Shown piece after piece: positions 37,179 through 51,200 of a DNA stretch of 64,000 nucleotides. The translations under genes were made by a program, and so were the position numbers. The notes under the pieces are model-generated. The model saw nothing but the letters and a program-made list of their open reading frames with translations. It ran no database searches and was not told where the DNA came from. How positions within the stretch are numbered: position 1 is the stretch's first letter; each line of letters starts with the position of its first letter. Origin of the DNA: Takakia lepidozioides (lineage: Eukaryota > Plantae > Bryophyta); the NCBI GenBank assembly GCA_030704615.1, contig CM060731.1, positions 78,430,001 to 78,494,000 of the forward strand, read 5' to 3'.

Positions 37179-39035
37179 GTACTTGTTTAAGCGCGGACCA
37201 GTGACACTGCAGGATCAGTGCGTAGTGCTCCTACTCAAAAGTGCAACCGCGTCCTTTCGCAGGTGCAGGTGCAGTCGTTTTAAGGAGTAAGCGCACGAGT
37301 AATGTAGGTAGTGTTGTGGATATTACTTGCTATTCTATGTGGATTACAGGAAAGTTGATCCCAGTTGGCTGTTTGTTCTCCATTTCTTCTCCCTTAGTGG
37401 AGATGCAGGCTGCCAGTAAAGCTATACATTAAGAATTGCGTGCTTACCCTTGGGCCATGAGTGGGGGCTCACTTAGGGTCCTTGACGCACCTCTGGGCTT
37501 GAAGGCAACTTGAACCTCTTTCTTAAAATTTATGTGTTTAGTGCTTCTTCCCCAACGCATTCTCGGGAGTCAGTCAAAATCCTGATGAAGATTGTGTTCA
37601 GAGAAGTGCTTAATTTCCAAATCCGATACCCAGAGTTCGCTGGAATCTCGGTCTGATTGTGCCTTGTATTTCCTGTCTGGATTTCTACAAATGTGAAGGA
37701 AGAGTCAAGGCTGCATATCATCTCAACGTCGTGAACTCTAAAATTGACGTCTTTGGTCCTTAACATATTTACATACTTTCCGGGATTCTCTTAACTACAT
37801 TTCCGTCCTCTACCCGTCTTCTTATGAGTAGTTTGTCTTAATGATTAAAGTCCCGAGAGCGACGGCTGGAGGACTTCATCTCGATCGGCACCGGTTGGTG
37901 ATGCATATTAAGTATGACCTTCATGCTTTCTTTATCTCCGGCAGTTTGCTTTAGTTGATTGGTAAAGCGATCCGATGAAATGGGACCTGCGCCAGATCGG
38001 CAGGATGTTGAAAGCTACACAGTGCACACACCCAGTTGGCAGAACTTCAACTCAAATTATTTCCCGGACGCTGAGCAGTTTACCCAGATAGTCAACTCTG
38101 TAGAATGAAGTCGATGTTATGGCAGAGACCTTTTTGACTGTTAAGCAGGAAACCCAAGATAATCTTATGATGAATTCCCACATGCCAACCTCCGTTGTTG
38201 ATGATGCCCAGTGAAGAGGCTCACATCTTCCAGCGACTGCAAACCTCCAAACTGCGTGTCGTCACAGTTGCAACTTGCTGCAGCTATATAAGCGTTCTCT
38301 TGAATGGTAACAGCAATTCTAGAGACATGCACTCGAGGCCTCCACTTCTAAATCCAGCGAGAGGGAAAACCCTTCTCACGAATGTGATTCGCTGTGGGAT
38401 ATAGTGTTTGAATTTTGTTGTTTGGTTGGTACATTCTGTCTCTCATGACGCTGAAGCGTTTCCGTTATTGTTAATGCAATTCATTCATCTACATATCCCT
38501 CTCCTAATGTCTGTTGTCCTTTCCTCAAAGATGGCAAAAAGGATCACTCAGTCCTCATTGAGAGCAATAAAAGACCCTCTCAGTGTGGGAGAAGACAATC
38601 AAGTGGGAACTCTTGGGAACTGGATTGAGAGAACTGAATACAAAGAAACAGGACTTGGGGTTTTCTTTAATTATGTAATCTCTGGAGTGAGGAGCTAGTA
38701 AGCTTCTATAAAACCAATTACTGGTTTCATGATTATCTTAAGTATTCCTAAACCTAAAAGCCACACCATTTTCGGAAGGTGGAGCACAATGTTGCAGGAC
38801 AAAACCCTAACACCAGTGGGTTTTCTCTACAGAGATTTTGTGCAAAGATGTCACGAAATTTGATTTCTGAAGGGTGGTGCAGATCGAAGGGGGACGAGGT
38901 GGCTGCGGAAGCGAAGTGAGGCCGCAAACAGCAGCCTTGGATATGTGTGTGCATCCAGTTGGGTGTGTGTGATGGCGATGGCGTGGTGCAGAAATTCGCT
39001 GTAGCTGCTGTGATGTAATCGCTGCAGACGGCGTC

Positions 39036-42000
39036 ATGGACATGGCAATCGACCCACCTATCGCTGCAGAAGCTGACGTTCCCCAACCCTCTGCCCCGGA
39101 AGAGCCGCGCCCAGTGACGCCCCCAACCAATGTGGATGTGGAGATGCCGGACGCGAGTCTGTCGCCTCCAACTTCACTGTTACCGGGTGAAACACCAGGT
39201 GGGTCACCTCCCGATACGCTGCAAAGCTTCAATTCCATCTCTCGGCTGGATGCGAAAGAAAGGGACATGGAGGAGCCGCCCAGGAAACGAGCAAAGAGCA
39301 TGTATGGAGGGGTGGAGGTGGTGCTAGGGCGCACTGCAGAGATAGTGGTGGTGTTGTCGGGGATGGCCACTCTTCGAGCTGGCTCGCTGCCCACCCCAAT
39401 TGAGCATCAGCTGGCTGCCGAAGCCTACGAGAAGCTTGCCAGTTTAGTCGAAAATATTGCGCCACATCAGTTGGTGTCAAAGGACTCACTGCGTTCTCTT
39501 ATCCAACACCTTAGCGTACCCCCTACTCGTCCCCCGTTGAAGTCAGTTTCAAATGTGAGATTTCTGGCCCTTTCAACCCTCTTTCTGTATGCCTCGCACT
39601 CTCCCTGTAAGTTCTCGTGCTTTCTCCTTACCTCCATCGATAATACTGCCTGGAGTTGGAACGTTGGCATCAATTTCCTTCGACAGGCGTAGCAGATCAT
39701 TGTGCCATATCCACATGGGGCCCCCAACGTGTGTGCCGAAAATCATACTTTTGTTTTGCATTGCAAAGGGCTAGCTTGGCATTTGACATGCTCCGTATAG
39801 CGTGGAATGGCCACAACGGGAGAGAATTCGGTGGCACTTTGAAAGAGAAACATTTGAGCTACTCATAGTAGAGAGGGCAGGCATACACTGAGGCGAAATT
39901 TTGGTGACGTGTGTGTGTTTTTGCGTCTCTCACTTGTTTCCACGTTGCGTGTGCAGCAACCCCCAGCTGTAGCACCCACCACTGCTCGAGGCAAGACCTC
40001 CCATCCTCTCGAATTCATTACACGATGTTTTTGTGTATATTGCATCATCTCAGCTTCGCTGGAAGTCATATCTTGAGATGTGGATGTCACTACGTGGAAC
40101 ACATTTGTTACATGTTATAAGCTGTCATGAGGGGTATCAATGGTAAGTACAAGGTTTTTGTATATGTCAAGAGAGTTGGCACCTTTTCCTGAGCTAGACC
40201 AAGGGAGGTCTCAGTAGAGTGCTCAGTTTCCTTCAAAGAGTGACATCCTAGTGTTTGGTTGCAGAAACAGTAGCCTCCCCACCAACAGAAAAAGTGGGAC
40301 CGAAGCCCAGTGAGAGCTTACAGTCAGATACTTCATCTCGAAATGACGAAGTCCAGGTTGCAACAATTATCAAAGATCAGGGAGGGCAAGCCCCAAAAGC
40401 TCAAGCTCGACAGCGGGCTAAGGGTGGAGCAAGTTTGCCATTGACGGAGCAGCAAACAACACATCAGCAGCTGGCACTGGCAGTACAGCTCCTGATAAAA
40501 CAGCGCCCCCCACCCCTTCCCGCAGTGCCAATTTCCACTGCCTACATGAGTCCAGCAGTTGCATGTGGCATTTGCAAGGTGGTAGCACATGATACTGCCA
40601 GTCTCCTGGTTTGTGATGGGTGTGAGGCTGCATTTCATGTTGTGTGCTTGCAGTCTTACAACCAAAAGGGCATCCCAAAAAGCGACTGGTACTGCCCTAA
40701 ATGTGTGATTGCTAGTAATGGCCGTCCCCAGCCACCCAAGTATGGACCCCTGCGCCGAGGACTTACCTCTCAGGCATCCACCAGAGGGTCCTGGGCATTG
40801 CAGGTATGCTGACTAATCCATCTTGTGATACAACTGGGTGCAGAGTTCATCTGATGCATTTGCTTTCCAAGTTGTATTCTTGTGAACGGGACCACTCACT
40901 ATGTGTGGAATTCAGCATTTGAGTCTTGTAGGGACACAGGCATCTAAGCTCCCTTCCCCAAATGAAGAGGTCTCTGCAGGTTGAATTAAGACTCCTGATT
41001 GTGGGGCTTGTGGGCTTTGGGCCTGATGCTCCATACTCTAACTAAAGGAATGATAGAGTATGCAGGCAGGGCGATCCAGTGAGGCTGCCAAGGTGCAGAC
41101 TGCAGGAAAGCCTTTGTTACTGCCGCAAAGAAAGAGTGATAGTGAAGCAGAGGTAGTCCTTGAAACAAAGGAGCCAGTCATATTGAAGACGCAACATCCA
41201 GCACTAGATAACTCTAAAAGCATAAAAGGTGGCTCTCTGGCCAGCAAACTGGAAGTGCAGCAAAGGGCTGGGGAGTCACCAGGTGGTGGGCTTACAGAAG
41301 CACCGAGTGTAACCACTGCACCAGGCCCAGCAGCATCTATTGGGGCCCCAGGAACATCAGGGGTGACAACTGCACCAGTGGCAAGTATTGGGACCGCAGC
41401 AACACCAGGTGTCACAACAACTCCAGCAACAAGTGCTGTGACCTCGTCTACACTTGTATGGACAACTGCACCAGCAGCAAGTATTGTAACCCCAGCAACA
41501 TCAACTGTGATGATGGCTCCAACACCGAGTGTGGTGACTGTGAGTACAGCAACACCAGTTGTCACGACCGCACCGGTAGCAATCCCCGTGACTGCGGCAA
41601 CGTCAGGTGTTGCAACTGTGCCGACACCAAGCGTTGTGTCCTCAGCAACCCCAGGTGTCATGACTGCACCAGAACAAAGCATCCTGACTACAGCAACACC
41701 AGATGTTACAACTGCACCCAGCATCTTGACTACAACATCAACTGTCACCCCGGCAGCCCCAGGTGTTGTGACTTCTGTAACAGAGAATGATACTGCAGCA
41801 CGTGCAAAGAATGGTGGGGGACTGGAAAGCATTGTCAATGTGGAGTGGTCGGGTCCCGTGGTGAATGTGAGCCAAGGCAATGTGTACTATGCTGCTTGTT
41901 CTGTGGCAGGGGTTATCCTGCGGCTGCAGGACTGTGCTTTGTTCCGCCCTGAGACGCCAGAAGTGCCTCCTTACATTGCCAGGCTTCAGGTAACTTGAGT

Positions 42001-44314
42001 CAGTGAGATTGCATGGTTCTTCTGTAATGTTTAACTCTGGTGAAAGAAAGACAGAGAAAGAAAGAGACATACACTGCTGGTATCTGTGATGCTGCTGATT
42101 GTTAGTCTGAATTCATGTCATGTTTGCTTGTAGTGTGTCTACTCTCTTTTGCTAAGCTCAAGTTTCTAGAAGTTAAACGAAGCATCTCTGGGGATAGCAG
42201 AAGAAATTGTGGTTTCAGCACAGAGCAGCGATGGTTTTCCTCTTGAGCAGGAAGCAGTCATGTATGTTGTCAATCCTCTTAGTGGTGCTCTGCAAAGGTG
42301 GGCATGGCAGTGTTGACATGACAAAGGGAGGGAGGGGTGCAGGCACTTTGGGAGGACGAAAGTACAGGTGCCAAGTGGGTGAAAGTCAACTGGTGCTATT
42401 ACCCGTCGGATCTTCCCCTTGAAATGGGTCGCCCTGCCTCACATGACCCCAATGAGGTCTGCATCCGTCTCTCTGTGGATATCTAATTTCTGTTCTCTAC
42501 TCTTCCTGGCCTGCCTCACATGATGAAGTCTCTATCTCTCTGCTTCTTTGTGTATCTGCGTGTCTCTCTCTTTTCCTCAACACTGCAGAGCAACCATAGC
42601 CTCGTGTGTGAAAGTTGTTGCAAGCTGTTGGAGCAGTTTCTTAATTAACCTTATGCCAGCTGATAGATCAACACTCACACTTCCCTAAGCAAACTATTTT
42701 GGCTTGGCGTGAGCACTCTGTCAGTTTTGGGTTCTCATATAGCCTGGCGGGCTGAAATCAACTGACTCCAGGAGGTTCAGTGTGGGGGACCACTGTCGAA
42801 AGACATGTCGTAGACGATCTTCACAAGGAAAAGTCAATTAATACACTCTCTCTCTCTCTCTCTCTCTCTGTATAATGTAAAAGCCCAGGCCCTCCTGAGG
42901 CCTAGTTTTTGGGCAAATCACACACAGCAGATTGATGCTTGTGTGAAGGGATTTCTAGAGGATATCTGGAAAACCCGGATTAATTCTTTATATGGAGGTA
43001 AGTCTTACTACCAACGTCAGCCCCTGACAGAGGTAGGTTCTGTCCCTTTTGTTCCCGCTCAAACTGGGCGCGGGGTCAATGGCCACAAGGCTACGGCAAA
43101 CAACGTCTTATGAGTACAATCTCTGTATAATGTGCGGCAGCCTGAAGACAGTATCCATTTTCTGATATATTGTCCAGGATATTCTCACGAGAGAGTGACC
43201 CTCTTCAGGACCATCAAGAACATTATCCCCGTACGTCTGTTCACCAATTTTGAAAACCTTGAGGCTGAGCCTAAAGCCCTGGCCCTGTTGGGGTCTAACT
43301 GCTGGGCAGCTTACACACACAGCAAGTTGATGCTTGTGTGAAGGGCTTTCGAGGATTTCTCAAAAACCCAAACTAATTGTCTTTATCAAGGTAAGCCACA
43401 CTAACCAAGTGAGCCCTTCCCTATTGTTCCGTCCAAACTGGGCACAGGGTCTATGGCCACAAGGCTACGGTAAACACAGTCTTAAGAGTTCATTCTCTTT
43501 CTCTCTCTCTCTCTGTGTTCCGCTCAAACTGAGCGCGGGGTCAATGGCCACAAGGGTACAGCAAACAACGTCTCATGAGGACATTCTCTCTTGGATCAAT
43601 TGAGCAGAGCACAAAGGGACAGAAACTACCCTTGTCAGGGGCAGATGCCAGTAGTATGATTCACCTTGAAACAAACTGGGCGCGGGCTCAATGGCCACAA
43701 GGCTACAACAAACGTCTTATGAGTACATTTTCTCTCTCTCTCTCTCTCTCTCTGGGCATTCTAATTGCTGGGCAGCTTGCGCGTACAGTTAGAGGATCTC
43801 ACTTGCATCGTAGTATCGTCCAAGGGTGGACCAAAAATTGAAAGTGCAGAAAGGGCTTGGGGTTGGGTGCAGGTGTATGAGTCGAATCACAGCGACAATA
43901 ATCTGGTGGGGTCCATCCAGGGTCCCTGTGAAGTACTGGCACCTCTTCAGTATGAGCAGGAGATCGAGCGTCGCTCAAAGGGTGGCGGTGAAGGACTTCC
44001 ACCAATCTTTTTATGCCGGTAGCTATATTAAGATCGTTCTGGAGCTCGATACATTGAATCATTCATCTGGCATCCTATCTCCTTCAGTATTATGATCTAA
44101 TCACAAGTCTTGTGATAAAAGTTGGCTTCTAGTTTGCATTTACATGAGTTGTGGTCATATGATTGCTTCGACATCTTAGGCAGAGGGAGTCTTAAAGAAG
44201 TTACTTGAATGGTAATGGTGCCACTGGTGATGGAGGCCCTGCTGTGATGGCAGGTGGCTTTATGATGCCCCAAGGGGTGTGTTCCAGGCTGCTGCTGAAG
44301 GTCCTCTCAAGTAG
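39036..44314 (+). CDS. PHD finger + BAH domain chromatin protein (At1g50620/At3g20280 OPF-like)
   Basis: N-terminal AEIVVVLSGMATLRAGSLPT..E..L..EA..KL. PHD finger CGIC..LLVCDGCEAAFHVVCL..DWYCPKC (exon 40265-40803). BAH domain YYAAC..CALFRPE..PYIARLQ^ALWE..KWVKVNWCYYP..^VYESNH..IQGPCEV..FLC^RWLYD (exons to 41989, 42343-42456, 43873-44018, 44254-44314). Confidence 0.88.
41300..41780 (+). repeat. Coding minisatellite, about 48 bp/16 aa unit, Thr/Ala/Pro/Val-rich
   Basis: About nine imperfect units such as AATPGVTTTPATSAVT, SATPGVMTAPEQSILT and TATPDVTTAPSILT. Confidence 0.8.
42846..43753 (+). mobile_element. Cluster of four 5'-truncated copies of the LINE family interleaved with (CT)n tracts, inside an intron
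   Basis: Copy A at 42879-43119 with a 14-bp TSD TCTCTGTATAATGT (42865-42878, 43120-43133), nearly identical to about 21760-21990. Older copy B at about 43131-43495; short copies at about 43516-43585 and 43670-43730. Copies end in a GAGTACA-like motif followed by CT-rich sequence. Confidence 0.88.
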
Positions 44315-46125
44315 GTTGTGCGCTCACGGCATTCAAGTGCCTTGCTTTGTGTGTGCGCCTCTTCTGAATGTCTCAGAATGTATTCTCAGATATGAGCCCT
44401 TGTAATTTCTTGTACATCCCATTTGAGCTGTACATGTTGTTCAAAGAGAGTATCTGGTACAAGGAGCTGAACTGGAGCTTAAAGTTATATTGGACTGGGT
44501 GATCTGAGGTGCCATTGTTGGCACTGGACCTGTAAGCATTGCCACCAGCCCCGAGGCATGGTTAAGATAGTCATGGTTTCTTGGTATGGAGGGATGCTGT
44601 GACTACTGTGGCAAACCACCAGGGAAGGCTTACTGCAACATCCTATGGCTGACTTTGGTCAGTGGATCAGCTTCAAGTGTTGGCCTGAGACAGCCTGTGT
44701 GTTAATGGGAATTTTATGCACAGGAGACTCACCACTCTGATTGGTCTGTGTGCCACTGTTGCTGACAACATTCTCTTCCCAGGGGTTTGGTGTGTGAGGT
44801 GGAGATAGCTGGAAACTACAACGAATACTTGTGGCAGGTTGATGCAGTTGTTCCACAGGAACAGGGAACTGATTGTCCCCTGACCACACCATTGGTGGGT
44901 GTGCTGAAGGTGCTGTGAAGGGTTTTAATCACTTGAGATTGAGATTATACTTACCTGCTACCCTGCATGTGAGGCCTAAGCAGGTTACTGTGGTTCATGG
45001 AAGAGTTTCTGGGGTGAACGAAGTTCAATGAGAACTCCATGATTGTAGCCAGTGTACCCACTAATACGTTGAAGGAATGATAATGGTTGATGGGATGCCA
45101 CACCAGCTACAGGGGCTCAGCTCATCCACAGCCCACAAGAAGGCAGTCTTATTCATTATGAGACATGCACAGGATAAAGGAGATGGACATAGTCAACACT
45201 AACAATTAGTGAAGGGCCAGGAAGCAGTAGCCTTGCCAGTCCGTATACTCCGATCTGTTTGTCACAAAGCGGGGGATGTTTTCCTGGCTGCCAAAATTGA
45301 TATCCATTCCACAAGCAATGGATATAACTCATGTGATGAAATGAGAGGAAAGCACTTTGTATCTGTATCTGCTGATGTCCTGCACAGTGCAACGCGCTTT
45401 CTTTTTCGCAGAGTAGACCTAACACCACTTGCCTCTGCAATGCTTTAGTCCGTCATGGTATCATGTTGCATAAGGTCACTGTGTTTGAGTGTATGATACT
45501 CTTACCCAATGATGAAGTGTCAAAAGAAGTGTTGCACTGACAGAGAAAGTTTGCATAGGACAAAGAAAGCAAGATATAGGCAAAACGTGGGCCCCAATAA
45601 GAAAACCGTGAAGAAAGTCATGCCGCCATTCATCTGTGGTCCTCACAATGAAAATCTGTGAATTACGGATATAAAACGCTTGGGAATTCACAGCAACAGG
45701 CCTGCAGATCGCGTGTGTGCTAACCTTGTACCCTAAATGACTGTCGTTTGTGAGGATCTTCAAGCGACATTGTGCCGGATGGGTAGAATGTGGCATCTGA
45801 TGCAACGAGATCACGTTCACACATCTTCATTGAAACAGTTCCTCCCAAAATCTTTGGATGTTCTATTTGATACTGATTCTGTGATTCTGAAGTTTGGTAA
45901 GTCCAAAGCCTGCAGGCCGGCCTTTCTTGCAGCTGATGTGGGCGAGACGGCATCAAGCGCTAGCATGGAGCCTTCTCTCCCAAGCCGCATTCGGGATACG
46001 CTGGGTGTACCGCTAACATCAGATACTCTTGGTGAGGTTGCAACTGCTGCCCATTCATGTGATCGATTGATTTCTCCCAACGTCTCCACGACAATATAGG
46101 TTTTCGACGATATAGGTTTTGGTTC

Positions 46126-47553
46126 ATGATGCATACAACTTGGGCTGCTGCAAGGGAACTTGCGGGTGGAAAATGCTTGGGCTTGATTAAGCAGAATTCG
46201 TCTTTGAATCCCCACGCAGGACTTTTCTTGATCGATCCAAGGGGACGGACTCGCGGATGGAGGCGGGGTGGGTGGCAATCTTCGCTGTGCTCTGCAACTG
46301 AGGAAAGTATAGCAGCTAAACAAATAAGGTGGTGCAAACCACGGGGTGAGCGCATAGAGGCCCACGTTCTACCGATAACTGAGGCAGGTCCAGATGCTGG
46401 AGAGGATAGCCAGGAGCAGAGAATCGTCCATGAAGCTCTCAAACTGATCAACAAAGCCCCCGTATTGCCCTCACTAGTGGTGTTTGATCTGGATCACACT
46501 CTTTGGCCGTTTTATTGGTATGGTCCTGTGTCCTCTCTGCCTTCAGCTTTATAGTTAGTCCCTTTCTTGAAAATCATCAGAATGCTTATCCTCTATACTG
46601 CGATTTCTTTCATCTTCGGCACAATTAACCGAATAATTACAGTTCTTACAATAGCAACCCTGCCATCCTTTGCATGTGCTTTCCTTCCAACAATGCCATC
46701 CTCACCTTCCATTTTCTCTTTCTGTGAGGCTGACAAATTTAGGGAATGGGTGGTGACAGTCAATATCGGAGGAAGGGCGATACCCCAGCACTGTTTCCAC
46801 AGGTGGCGGCCATCCTCAAGGCTCTGGCAATGTCTAATGTGGCCATGGCTGTAGCCTCACGCACCCCTTCGCAAGAAGTTGCTCTTGCAATGCTGGACAA
46901 GCTCTCCCTCGCCCATCACTTTGTGGCCCAGGTGGGACATCATCTACTTGCATCATTTCTATACCCAAATTGCTTCTAGGTCATATGTAGGCAAGGCTCT
47001 AAACTGCTCTAAGAGCCTCTCATAATACATGGAATGGTTTCAATTGGGTTTGTATGCAGGAGATCTACTTTACTTTGTTCTCCAAGACGAAACATTTGGC
47101 AGCCATCTCTCAGAAAACAGGAGTTCCTTACAGTACTATGCTGTTCTTCGATGACGAAGCCAAGAACGTCATCACTGTACGTAGTGCAATCTTTCTGCTT
47201 TCTTGTTGCGGTTACAATATCCTTGTATGCAGTTATGACTTGGTAATACCCCAAGGATACAGTTTCTGACGGGAACCTGTGCTATATATCTAAAGGTTCT
47301 GAAGTCAGGTACTACTTGGCAGACATTCTTTCATCATCTTTTAGCTTCCACAACATTCATGCACCCTCACATCTGTAATTATGCTTGGACCCTGCCAGAA
47401 CACCAGATCCTCATTTTAGCTTCTTGTTATACCATGCACACACAGGCAGGCCAGTTGGGGGTGACAGCAGTGTTACTGAACAATGGACTTGATTTGATGG
47501 GCCTCGAGACTGGTCTCACAATGCTGGCAACTAGGCCAAAAGGCAAGTCTTGA
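46126..47553 (+). CDS. MDP1: Magnesium-dependent phosphatase 1-like (HAD superfamily) with a transit-peptide-like N-terminal extension
   Basis: Motifs LVVFDLDHTLWP, VASRT, KTKH and MLFFDDEAKN; exons 46126-46517, 46760-46931, 47060-47176 and 47446-47553. Start codon uncertain. Confidence 0.9.
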
Positions 47554-48246
47554 CTAACTACCACTTCGAAGTATAGTTTAGGAGTTGTCAACAGTAACAG
47601 GTGATACCTCATTCCTTGGGGGCAGAATGCAGTTGCCTTTAGTTGTCCATAGAGTAGGCTGAGGACATTTGTAGACTTTTTTAGTCTGCTATCATAGTAA
47701 TACAAATGAAACAGAATGGGACACTTACAGTGGGGCATTTTCTGAGCATCTCCTCACATTCCTAGTTGTTTGTGGTGTGGAGTGCTTTTGTGGCATGGAT
47801 ATGGAAATCTCAATCAGTCCTTGGTGAAGGAGTATCTGTCAATGCTTCCCAGGGTTGTCATGACCATCAAGGCAGACACAGTGATACACCAGTACCGGAT
47901 CACAGAACATCACATGCACTTGCAAGCTGTGCTCAACAGTAAAGAATGAATAGAATCTGTGTATTGGGTCAAAGAAAGCAATATACTGTAATTACTAGGT
48001 AATCTCTTTGTCTGCCTGCATTGTACCATTATGCTTGTTCTGCAGGTCAGTAGAGCAACAGTCTGCTTCACCCTCATCATGAGTACCAAAAAAATGAGGC
48101 ACTGAATGATGCAGAACCTTTTGTACCTTCACTTGTTCTGTTATGTTGCATGTAGTAGAGCTGTGAAGCCTAACTCGAATAATGTAACGCGCTATTATAC
48201 ATCATCTCTTACTGAAGTTCTTCCTGTCTCAGCCCAGCGAGGTCAC

Positions 48247-51200
48247 TCAGTGAGGGAGTATCCTGTTCTCATAATCAGCCACCTGGTTTAAAAGCCGGAA
48301 GCCAGCTCCTCGAGTAAATTTCCTTGCAAATAAGTAGCAGGGCCGTGGCTCCCCATTAGAACTGCACCATTCTGTTCGCGACTCGGTGCTGTAGTGGATG
48401 CTATATATCCCCTGCCAAGGCCATCTCTTTGTCAACCCCATAGTCACAAGTCAAAATAAGCTACTATGAGAAGTCAGATACTGTACAGTCTACAGCTCTC
48501 ACATCAATGGCTAAGGATTACAGCTTATGGGCACAAATGTCATTGCGCGATGAGTAGGTATTTGAAGTCTATTAAAGAGATAGGGGAACTGTTACTGTAC
48601 AACCAGAAAACTGACTACTCTGGCAAGGGGCCAAACTAGGACCTGCATATCGTGGATGGCCTGGAGGGTGGCGTCCGCGAAGTTGAAGGTGACAGGGTGC
48701 CAACCTTGTCGATCTCTGCCCTTGACAAAGTTTTTCCACTGACTAAAGGTCAGAGTACGACGCTCTATTTCAGACTCCATGTCCTTCATCTGCACCCCTC
48801 CATATCCCTTTCACTTTACTTAACTGCTGTAGTCACATAGAGCATGGCTACTAGTTCAAACTACAGGTTCTGTAAGGCACCCTATATGCGTCAGTATTAG
48901 GAAGTCCATCAGTGCAAAGTCTTAAGTGCAGACTGTGATTTACCTTGAGGTCAGAAGCTATGACTGGTGTGCAATTTGAGACGGGAAATGAAAAGAGTAC
49001 ACTGGATTGGCTCAATAAAACTTGATTTTAGTGACTGTACAACCTGGGGATGTGTCAACATGAGGAAACGCCATCATATTCTCATATTGATAGAAACATC
49101 AGAAACAGAAAAAAGAAAGCAAGGTCCTAGGAAGACCAAAGAGCATCTGGGACAAGAAGAGAAGCAAACAAAGAAACAACTAGAAAAGAGAGAACTTACC
49201 GCTAACAGAGTTTGTATATAATGTTCGTCGGGGATGCAGTTGTGTTCGTCCTTGGTTCTGTTCTCCTGGAGTACAGAAGGAACATAGATTGTCAAGTGCT
49301 TGGGAATTTGTACAACACACCCTACACCCCACATCTGGTTGTAATGAAGGGAGCATATACACAGTAATACTGCCAATTCAGATCTCACCGAGCCAAGATG
49401 GAGCTACATCGTACATGCAGTGGTAGGATATGGCTACCACCCAATATAAACAATGAGGAATGTCAGCTGGAAAGTGGTCTCACCAGGGCAAACTCCCTCC
49501 AAAACTCTGGCAGTGCCACCCTCTGCATCCATCCAGCCATCCATGCACTCCATGTCCTGTCAGCCTTTGCCTGACCACAAACACACTAATACACTGACAC
49601 AACAAGATCAGGAGAACAATCCAGGCTCGGACAGAAAGATGAAGCATGACAACAACCTCATGTCAATAGGGAGTTAATTAACATCCTGTAAAATCAATAA
49701 TGCCGCCATTCTACATGTGACTTTGTTAAAATAAATTTGCTTTACATTAGCATACAATCACGACGTGATAGAATTAGAAATAAATTATTAAACACAAATT
49801 TTACTGGCTAGGATGAACAACTAGATGCTGAAAAGATCAGAATTTTATCAGCTCAGAATTTCACAACTATATATGAATAGTGACTATAATCATATATGAA
49901 TCGTCACAAGGTGTTGCACTGTGTCACATGAGTATCCACACCAGAAGGCTCTCTTGATTACGCAGTGTAAAGGATCCACTTTGCTAAGAGGTTGTATTCT
50001 GTTCCAGACAACAATCTTCAGCAGAGTGGGATCAGCCGATAGGTATAGCAATGGTGTGGTCTAGCTTATCTGGAAGTAAAATAATGAATGACCAAGGAAG
50101 GAAATAGGATAATCTTCACACAAATACAAAGCCCAAAGTAGAAAGAAGGCAAACCTTACAGTGCTCCTGAAAGACAGGGAAGACAGAAGAGTCTGCTACA
50201 ATTGCCTCGGCATGTTTCCGTATCAAAACAAACCACTGCCATCCCCCCTTTGCTCCCTCATTATAACAAGGAACTAACTAGATCACGTTATCATCTTTCC
50301 TCAATCACTTGTCTGACTTTCCTCCATGTCTGTTGTCTACACCTCCACCAACTACTAACAAGATAGTAAGAGCCACATACATAAATCAGGGAAAGAACAC
50401 ATGGTAAGTAGGCGAAGTGAGTAGATGGGGGGATAATCCATAAATAAATTGTGACTGCCTACCTGCGATCCTTTCCGCCACCTTTCCTTGGGTATTACAG
50501 ATGCCATTTTTGGGTTGTACCGTGTGTCACCTGAATCCACGAAACTGATCAACCCAACCCGGCAGAGACCAGTCCATCAAGAACCGAAACTCTCACACTC
50601 ATTTCCATGAATAAACACCCAATTCCTTTACTCATGTGACCTCAAACCTGTGTCTCATGAATCTCTGATCAGCAATGAGGTGGGTAGGATGCAGATGTCC
50701 CTGTACCTGTCTACGAAGCTCTTGTCGGAGGACATGACATAGTCGTAGACGAATCGAAAGTTGTAGAGAGGGATGCAGCTGCATCACACCAGGTTCCCCA
50801 CCCATCAAATGAAAATTACCGAACCAAGAACAATTTATAATGTAATTGCACATGTAGGGTAAGTTTTCCACTCAGGGCTTACCTCACGCTCATGAGATTT
50901 GGCAAAAGACAATTAAAGGGTTACTGCTGCTATTATCTAGTCAAATAACAGAGCAATACCTATCAGACACAAGAATGAAGCGCTGGTTGAGGGGATCTTG
51001 TAGAGCCTGTCTGAGGAGCAGACGCTCTGCTTCAATCATGCTAGCCTCCCCCCACTCCACCTGCAAGCCAAACGAACTTCCCATTCTATTACCAATACTT
51101 GATGCCAGAAGCCATTGCAGCAGAGTGAGGACTCTTCGCCTTAAAGTAGCTTCTCTTTGTCACATTGAAACTTGCAGTGGGAGGGGCATAGACATATAAA

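Noticed and set aside
44948-44958. ATACTTACCTG, identical to the 5' end of U1 snRNA
   Set aside because: The downstream sequence does not follow U1; this is simply the reverse complement of a consensus donor site.
45156-46365. Overlapping ORFs between the PHD-BAH gene and MDP1
   Set aside because: No recognisable domains or consistent splice model; probably UTR/promoter or antisense shadow ORFs.
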